64,000 bases of DNA from Candidatus Nanosyncoccaceae bacterium (GTDB lineage Bacteria; Patescibacteriota; Saccharimonadia; Saccharimonadales; Saccharimonadaceae). The notes under the pieces are model-generated. The model had not been told where the DNA came from and did not search any database. It worked only from the letters and a program-made list of their open reading frames with translations. The stretch spans positions 124,385 through 188,384 of the forward strand of contig JAZSOA010000012.1 of NCBI GenBank assembly GCA_045536655.1, written 5' to 3'. Made by a program: the position numbers and the translations under genes. Shown here in pieces: positions 46,112-53,728 of the stretch (positions are counted from its first letter, which is position 1; every line of letters starts with the position of its first letter).

Positions 46112-47418
46112 TGAAAGCTCTAGATATCATCAAAGAGGCGAATCAAAGCCTCCTGCGTAACAAACTACGCAGCTTCCTTACCATTCTTGCCATCTTTATC
46201 GGCAGCTTCGTTATTATCCTGAGTACTGGTATTAATGCAGGCGTTAACGATTTCATCGACAAACAGATGGAATCGGCCGGCGGCGAAGATTACCTCGAAA
46301 TTATGTCTACTGCCACAAGCGAATCTATTACTTCGCTCATGAACGGCGAGGTAATTCGCGAATACGAGAAGAAGAGTACGAACCAAAACGACCTACAGAT
46401 TACCGACGAACAACTCGAAAAAGCCCGCAAAATCGACGGTCTCGTAAGCATTGATCCAATGACGCAATTCCAGGTCGAATACTTCAAACTCGAAGGTCGT
46501 GATAAGAAATATAGCTCAGTCGGCTTCAATCTCATGCCGCGCGGCTCACTCAAAATGGATCTTTCGGCCGGTCGCATGCCAAACAACGATGACGAAAGCA
46601 CCTACGAAATCATGGTCGGTGAAGATTATGTCAAATACTTCGAGTTCGAAAAAGCCGAAGACATTATTGGCAAGAAAATCACTCTCTATGCACCAGAAAC
46701 ACTCAAGTGTAGTATCACGGGCAATCCAGAAGAATGCACTCAGCCAGTCGAAGCAACTATCGTGGGCGTTCAGGCTCCAGGCGTCATGGCTATGGGTGGC
46801 GCACGCGTCAACGTTGCCACGATGAACAAGATTGCCGAAATCAACTACACCGGCCTTCCAGACGAAGCCAAAGCCTCCATCATGGCCACCGCACAAGTTG
46901 ACCCAGAACGCATCGACGAAATCAAAGACAAGCTCGCCGAAATCGGCCTTACCGCCATGTCGGTCGAAGACGAAATTGGCCAGATTAAAACTTTCTTTGA
47001 TGCCATGCTTACCGTTCTCAAAATCTTCGGCGGCGTAGCCTTGCTTGCGGCCTCCATCGGCATCATTAATACGCTACTCATGTCCGTCCAAGAGCGCACA
47101 CGCGAAATCGGTCTAGATAAGGCCCTTGGTATGAGTAACGGTCGCGTCTTTGCCAATTTCGCACTCGAAGCTATAGCACTCGGCTTCTGGGGCTCGCTCT
47201 TCGGCATTGGCGTCTCCTTTCTAATTGGCAAAGTCGTAAATGTTATTACGCACGAAACTATTCTTGCCGACCTACCAACTTTCCAGCTTATTATCTTTAG
47301 ACCACAAGACCTACTCTCGATTACGGTCACTATCATGATTATCGCCTTGATTGCCGGTGTTCTTCCTGCGCGCAAAGCTTCAAAGAAGGATCCAATCGAA
47401 GCGTTAAGATATGAATAA
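46111..47418 (+). CDS. FtsX/MacB-type ABC permease
   Basis: N-terminal TM, periplasmic MacB-like domain and a C-terminal FtsX-like 3-TM bundle. TAATG overlap. Confidence 0.85.
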   Translation: MKALDIIKEANQSLLRNKLRSFLTILAIFIGSFVIILSTGINAGVNDFIDKQMESAGGEDYLEIMSTATSESITSLMNGEVIREYEKKSTNQNDLQITDEQLEKARKIDGLVSIDPMTQFQVEYFKLEGRDKKYSSVGFNLMPRGSLKMDLSAGRMPNNDDESTYEIMVGEDYVKYFEFEKAEDIIGKKITLYAPETLKCSITGNPEECTQPVEATIVGVQAPGVMAMGGARVNVATMNKIAEINYTGLPDEAKASIMATAQVDPERIDEIKDKLAEIGLTAMSVEDEIGQIKTFFDAMLTVLKIFGGVALLAASIGIINTLLMSVQERTREIGLDKALGMSNGRVFANFALEAIALGFWGSLFGIGVSFLIGKVVNVITHETILADLPTFQLIIFRPQDLLSITVTIMIIALIAGVLPARKASKKDPIEALRYE

Positions 47419-48889
47419 TCTCACACTATTACAATATTTCGAATGGTATCTACCAAACAATCACCTCTTGTGGCGCCGCGCCGCCACTGAGGCGAGCTAT
47501 CTAGCTAAGCTTGGTTTTGATGGCGTTTGGTTACCGCCAGCTTTCAAGGGACAAAACGACCAGAATGTCGGCTATGGAGTCTATGACCTCTATGACCTTG
47601 GCGAGTTCGATCAAAAGGGTTTTATTCCGACCAAGTATGGCACTCGTAGTGAATATCTCGCCGCCATTCAGGCCCTGCAAAAGCACGGGATTAAGGTTTT
47701 TGCGGATATCGTTTTAAATAGCCGCATGGGCGGCGACGAAACCGAAGTCGTCCGAGCCATCGAGCAAGACAACGACAATCGCCTCCAACAGATCGGGGAC
47801 ATTCATGAGATTGAAGCCTGGACTAAATACACCTTCCCAGGCAGGCAGGGTAAATATTCGAATTTTACTTGGAATAGTGCCTATTTTAACGGCATCGATT
47901 ACGACGAGCGCACCAAAAAATCGAGCATCTATCTTTTTGAAGGCAAGCAATGGGATAGCAAAGTCGGCAAAGAAAAGGCTAACTACGATTATCTCCTCGG
48001 CGCAGATGTAGACTTACACAATCCAAAGGTCCGCGAAGAAATGCTTCGCTGGGGCGAATGGTATGTCGCTACAACCGGCGTCGACGGCTTCCGCCTCGAT
48101 GCGACTAAGCATATCGGCAGTGACTTCTATTCTTGGTGGCTCACGAGCTTGCGACAAAAGACCGGCCTAGAACTCCCGACCGTTGGCGAGTATTGGTCTA
48201 ACGACATGGGCGAACTTGGTAAATATCTACAAAAGACAGGCAACCAATTCTGGCTCTTTGACGTACCGCTACATTTCAATTTCTTCAAAGCTTCACGCAG
48301 TGGCGACCAATACCCAATGAACAAGCTACTAGACGGAACCTTGATCGAAAGCTTCCCAGACCGCGCCGTAACATTTGTAGATAATCACGACACGCAACCA
48401 AGCCAAGGCCTAGACTCCTGGGTGGACGGATGGTTCAAGACCATGGCTTACGCGATTATCTTATTGCGTGGCGAAGGCACACCATGTGTTTTCTGGGGCG
48501 ATTTATACGGCATTCCGCACAATAAAATCAACGCTGTGCCAGATTTGAAGCTACTTCTTCAGATTCGTAAGAATTTCACTAGCGGCAACCTTCATGATTA
48601 CTTCGATCACGAACATATCGTGGGCTTTACGCGTGAGGGAAGCGAAAGCAAGCCAAACTCTAGCCTTGCGGTGATTATGAGCAATAGCAAGGGCGGCCAG
48701 AAGGAAATGTATCTCGGCAAACAAAACGCCGGCAAAAAGTATTACGATATCATCTATGCCACGAGTTCAGTCGTCACGCTCGACGAAAATGGCAACGGCG
48801 TTTTCTCGGTCGGAAACGGTACAACTTCAGTCTATGTCGAAGAAAAGGCTGCTAAAAAACTTTTCTTGAGTGGATACTCTAGTATATAA
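47411..48889 (+). CDS. GH13 alpha-amylase (cytoplasmic type)
   Basis: GFDGVWLPPA, GFRLDATKHI, GEYW, FVDNHD conserved regions. Confidence 0.9.
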   Translation: MNNLTLLQYFEWYLPNNHLLWRRAATEASYLAKLGFDGVWLPPAFKGQNDQNVGYGVYDLYDLGEFDQKGFIPTKYGTRSEYLAAIQALQKHGIKVFADIVLNSRMGGDETEVVRAIEQDNDNRLQQIGDIHEIEAWTKYTFPGRQGKYSNFTWNSAYFNGIDYDERTKKSSIYLFEGKQWDSKVGKEKANYDYLLGADVDLHNPKVREEMLRWGEWYVATTGVDGFRLDATKHIGSDFYSWWLTSLRQKTGLELPTVGEYWSNDMGELGKYLQKTGNQFWLFDVPLHFNFFKASRSGDQYPMNKLLDGTLIESFPDRAVTFVDNHDTQPSQGLDSWVDGWFKTMAYAIILLRGEGTPCVFWGDLYGIPHNKINAVPDLKLLLQIRKNFTSGNLHDYFDHEHIVGFTREGSESKPNSSLAVIMSNSKGGQKEMYLGKQNAGKKYYDIIYATSSVVTLDENGNGVFSVGNGTTSVYVEEKAAKKLFLSGYSSI

Positions 48890-49006
48890 ACAGCAGGAAT
48901 CAGCCACAAAATGGTTGATTTTAGCATAAGCGAAATACTTGAAATAATTTAAAAAGTTGTGCTAGAATATTTTTAAACATAAGCTTAAAAGGAGTTATAT
49001 AAAGCT

Positions 49007-49561
49007 ATGAGCAAAAATAACAAAAAAGGCTTTACGATTATTGAGGTCGTCTTGGTCCTCGCTATCGCTGGTCTTATCTTCTTAATGGTCTTCATCGCAT
49101 TGCCTGCCTTGCAGCGCAGCCAGAGGAACACACGCCGCCGCCAGGATATGGCCCGCATCCTCTCCGCCTTCAATGATTATCAGTCAAACAACAATGGCCA
49201 GATGCCAGACAACACTACAACCACATCTCCTAATACCAAACTTACAGAATTTGCAAAGCGCTATATCGCAGCAAACGCAACAGGTACATATCCAACGAGC
49301 AATACAACCGCTTGTTCTGCCGCTCTTGGCGATCAGTTCTGTGACCCAGATGGCACAAGCTACATTTTCTCGTACAAGGGTGCCGCTAGCGGTGAGCAAG
49401 ACGCTGTGGATGGTACAAGTGCCCTAAACCACACAATCTACTACTGGCAGGATGCAAAATGTGGCGCCGAAGGTAAAACCGCAGACGGTAATGGTAACCG
49501 CGAAATCGCAATCTTCTATGTTCTCGAAGGCGGTTCGATTTACTGTGGCGACAACCAGTAA
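49007..49561 (+). CDS. Type IV pilin-like protein (prepilin N-terminal cleavage/methylation motif)
   Basis: KKGFTIIEVVLVLAIAGLIFLMVF. Confidence 0.8.
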   Translation: MSKNNKKGFTIIEVVLVLAIAGLIFLMVFIALPALQRSQRNTRRRQDMARILSAFNDYQSNNNGQMPDNTTTTSPNTKLTEFAKRYIAANATGTYPTSNTTACSAALGDQFCDPDGTSYIFSYKGAASGEQDAVDGTSALNHTIYYWQDAKCGAEGKTADGNGNREIAIFYVLEGGSIYCGDNQ

Positions 49562-49682
49562 TTAGCCAAATCTAAAAACTGCGAGAAGAATCAACCACCG
49601 GCAAGTCCGGTGGTTTTCTTGTGCCATGAAAAAGCCAGTCACGACCGTGGCTGGCTTTTGATGTTTCAGGTTTCGTATCGTA

Positions 49683-49922
49683 TCAGATAATCTTGAAGGG
49701 GCCGAAGACTGCAAGCAACCCGAAGGACACGATCATCAGGCCGAGGATAACACGGGGAATACCATCGTAATACGAGTCGGGAAGAGGTTTACCCTTACGT
49801 ATCCGAGAGATAACCAGTGTGCCGAACAGAGGAATGCCGAAGCTAATCGCTCCAGTCAAGACCAGATCCAATACGCCAAAACCTAAAACTCTAAGGATTC
49901 TTACGATGGTCATTCCACTCAC
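49683..49922 (-). CDS. Small two-TM membrane protein
   Basis: GGAGGTG SD plus ATG and two hydrophobic helices. Terminators lie downstream. Confidence 0.5.
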   Translation of the reverse strand: MSGMTIVRILRVLGFGVLDLVLTGAISFGIPLFGTLVISRIRKGKPLPDSYYDGIPRVILGLMIVSFGLLAVFGPFKII

Positions 49923-50006
49923 CTCCTATCACGGTCCGACCATAGTATGTCTATATATTACACCATAAAACCACGTCCTATCAAGGTTTATGCTATAATA
50001 TACCCC

Positions 50007-51185
50007 ATGAAAAAGCTCAAAAACGAACTCTTGCACGCCAAGATCGACAAATTTGTTCCAGGTGGACAGGGCATCGCTACGCTCGAAAGCGGCAAAAAGG
50101 CCTTTGTCTGGGGCGTCCTTCCGGGCGAAGAGGTCGAGTTTGAAACCACTAAAAACAAATCGAGCTACTGCGAGGGTGTCGTCGCGCAAATCTTCACTAA
50201 ATCCCCAGAACGTGTCGAGCCTAAAGATAGCTGCTTCCTTTCTACCAGTCCTTGGCAAAATCTTAACTACGATTACGAGCTTAAGGCTAAGCAGAAACTT
50301 GTTTCCGAATGCTTCACTCAGCAACATCTGAATATCGAAGTTTTACCAACCCAGACCGACGGTAAAGAATATTTCTATCGCAACAAAATGGAATATTCGC
50401 TCTACTTCGACCACGACGACGAGCTGATTCATCTCGCTTTTCACAAACGTGGTAGTCATGGCAAAATCCCGATTGCACAAAGTTCTATCGAGCGCCCAGA
50501 AATTTTCGCCCGCGCCCAAGAAATTGTTAATGAATTAAATGCTAAGCATGAAGAAGCCCGCAAATACCAGTCGCTACTTTTGCGCTGCAGCCAGAAAGGC
50601 GAGGTGAGCGGCGACCTATTCGAAAACGGCAAGCCACATCCAATCATGCCAAATCTCAGCGATGAGCTGCTCGGACGTAAATATTCCTATTCACCAAACG
50701 GTTTTTTCCAGATCAATCTACCAGTTTATGAAATGGTCCTAAAAGAAATCGCCAAAGAAATGGATGACAGTCCAATTCTAGATCTTTACGCCGGCGTTGG
50801 TAGTATTGGCCTTTCCGTCGCCAAAGAAGGACAGAAACTCACATTAGTCGAAGTCAATGGCGCCGCTGTCGAAGAAATGAAGAACAATGCTGCCGGTCGC
50901 CCAAATACCGAATGCATTCTCGCTAAATCCGAAGACGTCACAAACTATATCACACCAGACCATATTGTAATTCTTGATCCGCCACGCGCTGGTTGCGACA
51001 AAAAACTCATCGAAAAACTCCTCGAAATCCAGCCAAAAAAGATCGTTTATCTATCCTGCAATCCAATCACACAAGCGCGCGATGTCGCTATGCTTGTAGA
51101 AGTTTACAAATGTTCCGCTGCTAGGCCATTCAATTTCTTCCCACATACACCACACATCGAAAATCTCATCACATTGGAGAAATAA
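50007..51185 (+). CDS. TrmA/RlmD-family RNA (uracil-5)-methyltransferase
   Basis: TRAM-like N-terminus, LDLYAGVGSIGLS SAM motif, LDPPRAG, YLSCNP. ATG 50007 lies 7 nt after TGcTATAAT. Confidence 0.85.
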   Translation: MKKLKNELLHAKIDKFVPGGQGIATLESGKKAFVWGVLPGEEVEFETTKNKSSYCEGVVAQIFTKSPERVEPKDSCFLSTSPWQNLNYDYELKAKQKLVSECFTQQHLNIEVLPTQTDGKEYFYRNKMEYSLYFDHDDELIHLAFHKRGSHGKIPIAQSSIERPEIFARAQEIVNELNAKHEEARKYQSLLLRCSQKGEVSGDLFENGKPHPIMPNLSDELLGRKYSYSPNGFFQINLPVYEMVLKEIAKEMDDSPILDLYAGVGSIGLSVAKEGQKLTLVEVNGAAVEEMKNNAAGRPNTECILAKSEDVTNYITPDHIVILDPPRAGCDKKLIEKLLEIQPKKIVYLSCNPITQARDVAMLVEVYKCSAARPFNFFPHTPHIENLITLEK

Positions 51186-52231
51186 TGTATCGCAACACTT
51201 TTGCCGAGATAAAACTCGACGCAATTTATCATAATTTACAAATCTTAAACCAAAAGTTTTCCAATTACGAATATCGCTTCGCCGTCGTAAAGGCCGATTG
51301 TTACGGCCATGGCCTGGCTGCAATTCAACCGATGCTCGACGCGGGCTGCAATTATCTCGCCGTTGCAACTCTTGAGGAGGCGCTTGAAATTCGCGAACTT
51401 CATCCCAAAACGCCAATTCTATGTCTTGGCATTATCCCGTATTCCGGTCTAGAAGCTGCCAAGCAAAACAACATTACGCTCACGATAAGTAGCCTAGATT
51501 ATGTCAAAAACGCGCCAGTAGGCAGCCTAAACGGTCTCAAATCCCATATCAAACTCAATACCGGCATGAATCGCCTCGGCATCAAAGATGTTGCCGAACT
51601 TGTAGAAACTTACAACTTGCTAGACAACGTCGAGGGAATCTATACGCATATTTACGATGCGGAAAACCATGAGCATACCACCAAACAATTTGAACGTTTT
51701 TCTGAGCTCGCCCACGCACTCCCACTAGAGAAAATCAAAATCATTCACACGAGCGCCAGCGAAGCTACACTATACTATCCAAAGCCAGGCTTTATTAATG
51801 CCTGCCGCTTCGGCATCGTGATGTATGGTTTTTATGCGCCCGAAGAACTAGGCCTGCAATCCACCTTTACACTCAAAAGCGAAGTCGTCCAAATTAATAC
51901 TCTTCAAGCCGGCGAAAGCCTTGGCTATGGCGGCACCTTCGTGGCAGAAGAAGAAACCAAAATCGCTGTCGTTCCGATCGGCTACGCTGATGGTATGATT
52001 CGTAAAAATAAGGGTAGGGCAGTCTATATCAACGACCAAGCTTTCGAAATTGTCGGCAATATCTGCATGGACATGTTGTTTGTAAAAGTTGACAATACTG
52101 CCAAAGTCGGCGACACAGTTGAACTTTTGCGCGACAACCATCATATCGAAGAAACCGCCAAATATCTCGGCACGATTCCTTACGAAGTGCTCTGCGGCAT
52201 CAGCAAACGCGTCCCGCGCATCTATCGATAA
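51185..52231 (+). CDS. alr: Alanine racemase
   Basis: AVVKADCYGHG PLP-lysine motif. TAATG overlap. Confidence 0.9.
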   Translation: MYRNTFAEIKLDAIYHNLQILNQKFSNYEYRFAVVKADCYGHGLAAIQPMLDAGCNYLAVATLEEALEIRELHPKTPILCLGIIPYSGLEAAKQNNITLTISSLDYVKNAPVGSLNGLKSHIKLNTGMNRLGIKDVAELVETYNLLDNVEGIYTHIYDAENHEHTTKQFERFSELAHALPLEKIKIIHTSASEATLYYPKPGFINACRFGIVMYGFYAPEELGLQSTFTLKSEVVQINTLQAGESLGYGGTFVAEEETKIAVVPIGYADGMIRKNKGRAVYINDQAFEIVGNICMDMLFVKVDNTAKVGDTVELLRDNHHIEETAKYLGTIPYEVLCGISKRVPRIYR

Positions 52232-52252
52232 AGATTATGCTAAACTAGTAGT

Positions 52253-53035
52253 ATGAATATCGCAATCCTCGGTGCGGGTGCTTATGGCCGCGCACTAGGC
52301 AAAATTGTCTCTAATAACGGCCACGACCTCAGTTTTTACGACCCAAAAGTCATGCCGGATGTCAGTCTCGAACAGGCCGCCAAGAACGCCGACGCCGTAA
52401 TTATCTGTATTCCGTCCAACTTTTTGCCAAGCTTCCTCGAAGATTATCCTGCCGATTTCAAGCTCAAGCCAACTTTCCTCGCCAGTAAGGGCTTGCGCAG
52501 TGTAGATATCTTTAAAGATTTTACAAATTTCGCCATTTTGTCTGGCCCAACCTTCGCGCAGGAAATCATGGATGGCAAACAATCCGTTTTAACTGCCACC
52601 AACCAGCTCGCGGTAGATATCTTCTCGAACCAGCAGGTCGAAATTGAAATTTGTCAGGATTTACAAGGCGTATTATTGTGTGGCTCGCTCAAGAACGCCT
52701 ATGCCATCGGCGCAGGTTTCAATAGCGATAGCGAAAACGCCGTCGCGGCCTTGATCACAAAGGCGCACGCCGAAACCCGCAAATACTTATTAGATCATGG
52801 CGCCAACCCAGATACCGCCGAACTCGCCTGCGGTATTGGCGACTTAGTTTTAACCTGCAGTAGTGACACTTCTCGCAACTACACCTGTGGCAAAAAATTG
52901 CATGCTGGCCAAAACCTCGACGATATCTTAACTGAGCTACAGACCGTCGAAGGCATCAATGCTCTGCATGAACTGGATGTTACTGATGACTATCCGCTCT
53001 TAATGCATATCGCTAGAATTGCCGGGCTTAAATAA
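52253..53035 (+). CDS. Short NAD(P)H-dependent glycerol-3-phosphate dehydrogenase-like protein
   Basis: MNIAILGAGAYGRALG Rossmann motif, SKG, GPTFAQE, LKN.YAIG pattern. At 260 aa it is shorter than a typical GpsA. Confidence 0.7.
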   Translation: MNIAILGAGAYGRALGKIVSNNGHDLSFYDPKVMPDVSLEQAAKNADAVIICIPSNFLPSFLEDYPADFKLKPTFLASKGLRSVDIFKDFTNFAILSGPTFAQEIMDGKQSVLTATNQLAVDIFSNQQVEIEICQDLQGVLLCGSLKNAYAIGAGFNSDSENAVAALITKAHAETRKYLLDHGANPDTAELACGIGDLVLTCSSDTSRNYTCGKKLHAGQNLDDILTELQTVEGINALHELDVTDDYPLLMHIARIAGLK

Positions 53036-53115
53036 TATCACTTTGGCACATTTTCACAATCATATCCGGAGCGCTAGCTATTCCGAAGAAGTCGTGAAAA
53101 TGCTATAATATACGC

Positions 53116-53185
53116 AGTTGGTCGAACTCTAGAAATTCGACCTTGTTGGTTTAAGTTACCTGCCTAACGGCGGGTAACTTTTTTG
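53116..53185 (+). ncRNA. Candidate ~70-nt sRNA
   Basis: TGcTATAAT at 53101-53109 with no start codon after it. Hairpin ggtcgaa-N9-ttcgacc (53120-53142), then a 12-bp terminator stem aagttacctgcc/ggcgggtaactt followed by tttt (53153-53184). Confidence 0.4.
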
Positions 53186-53544
53186 AGCTTCGGCAAATGT
53201 ACGCTTAACTCCACACTAACGCCTAGGAATATAATCCGTACGCTCATGTCGATTCTCTTTCTCAAGAGCCTCTAGCTTATCTAGAATTGCCGTTCACTGA
53301 GACTCCTGCGATTCGAGTCTCAATAATCTCGGCGATAGGACACTCAAGGGTTAACCTTCTAAACCCTATGGCGGCAATCTAAACTAATAGATTTAAAAAG
53401 TGAAGCATAAGATGTTTCTGCCCCTGTTGTGTGCAGTGACGTAAAATGAAACCATTTGTTCTTAGGCTCAATACTTACAACTGTTGTTTCTATATATGGT
53501 AGCTATTAAGATATGCTCATATTGGCGAACGTGTGAGCTTGGTA

Positions 53545-53615
53545 GCGATTTTCGCAACCAAATACTCCTTAACCAAAATGCCTCATCTTAATTTTGGTGC
53601 GAATTTCGCAACCAA
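53545..53615. promoter_or_regulatory. Two copies of a ~22-bp near-palindrome TTGGT(A)GCGAWTTTCGCAACCAA, 54 bp apart
   Basis: gcgattttcgcaaccaa at 53545-53561 and gcgaatttcgcaaccaa at 53599-53615. Confidence 0.4.
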
Positions 53616-53651
53616 CTTCGCAGTGACATGAAAAAAGCAATAGACTCGAGT

Positions 53652-53712
53652 GGTTTTATGCCTTTAATTTCTAGAACGTATAGATTGTTCTAGAAATTAA
53701 AGGCATAAAACC
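53652..53712. repeat. Perfect 26-bp inverted repeat with a 9-nt spacer, overlapping the -35/spacer region of the helicase promoter
   Basis: ggttttatgcctttaatttctagaac gtatagatt gttctagaaattaaaggcataaaacc. TGtTATACT (53714-53722) and ATG 53729 follow. Confidence 0.85.
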
Positions 53713-53728
53713 CTGTTATACTTATCTT

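Noticed and set aside
53330-53400. tmRNA tag-like reading frame (..GGNLN followed by TAA TAG) and T-loop-like ttcgagtc at 53312-53319
   Set aside because: No tRNA-like acceptor/T-arm pairing, no terminal CCA context, and the tag lacks the usual hydrophobic ..LAA end. RNase P (GAGGAAAGUCC) and SRP motifs are also absent.
53669-53696. Classical LexA/Cheo box (GAAC-N4-GTTC)
   Set aside because: The spacing here is GAAC-N9-GTTC, and no N4 version was seen near dinB, polA or the helicase. It is kept only as a generic operator hypothesis.
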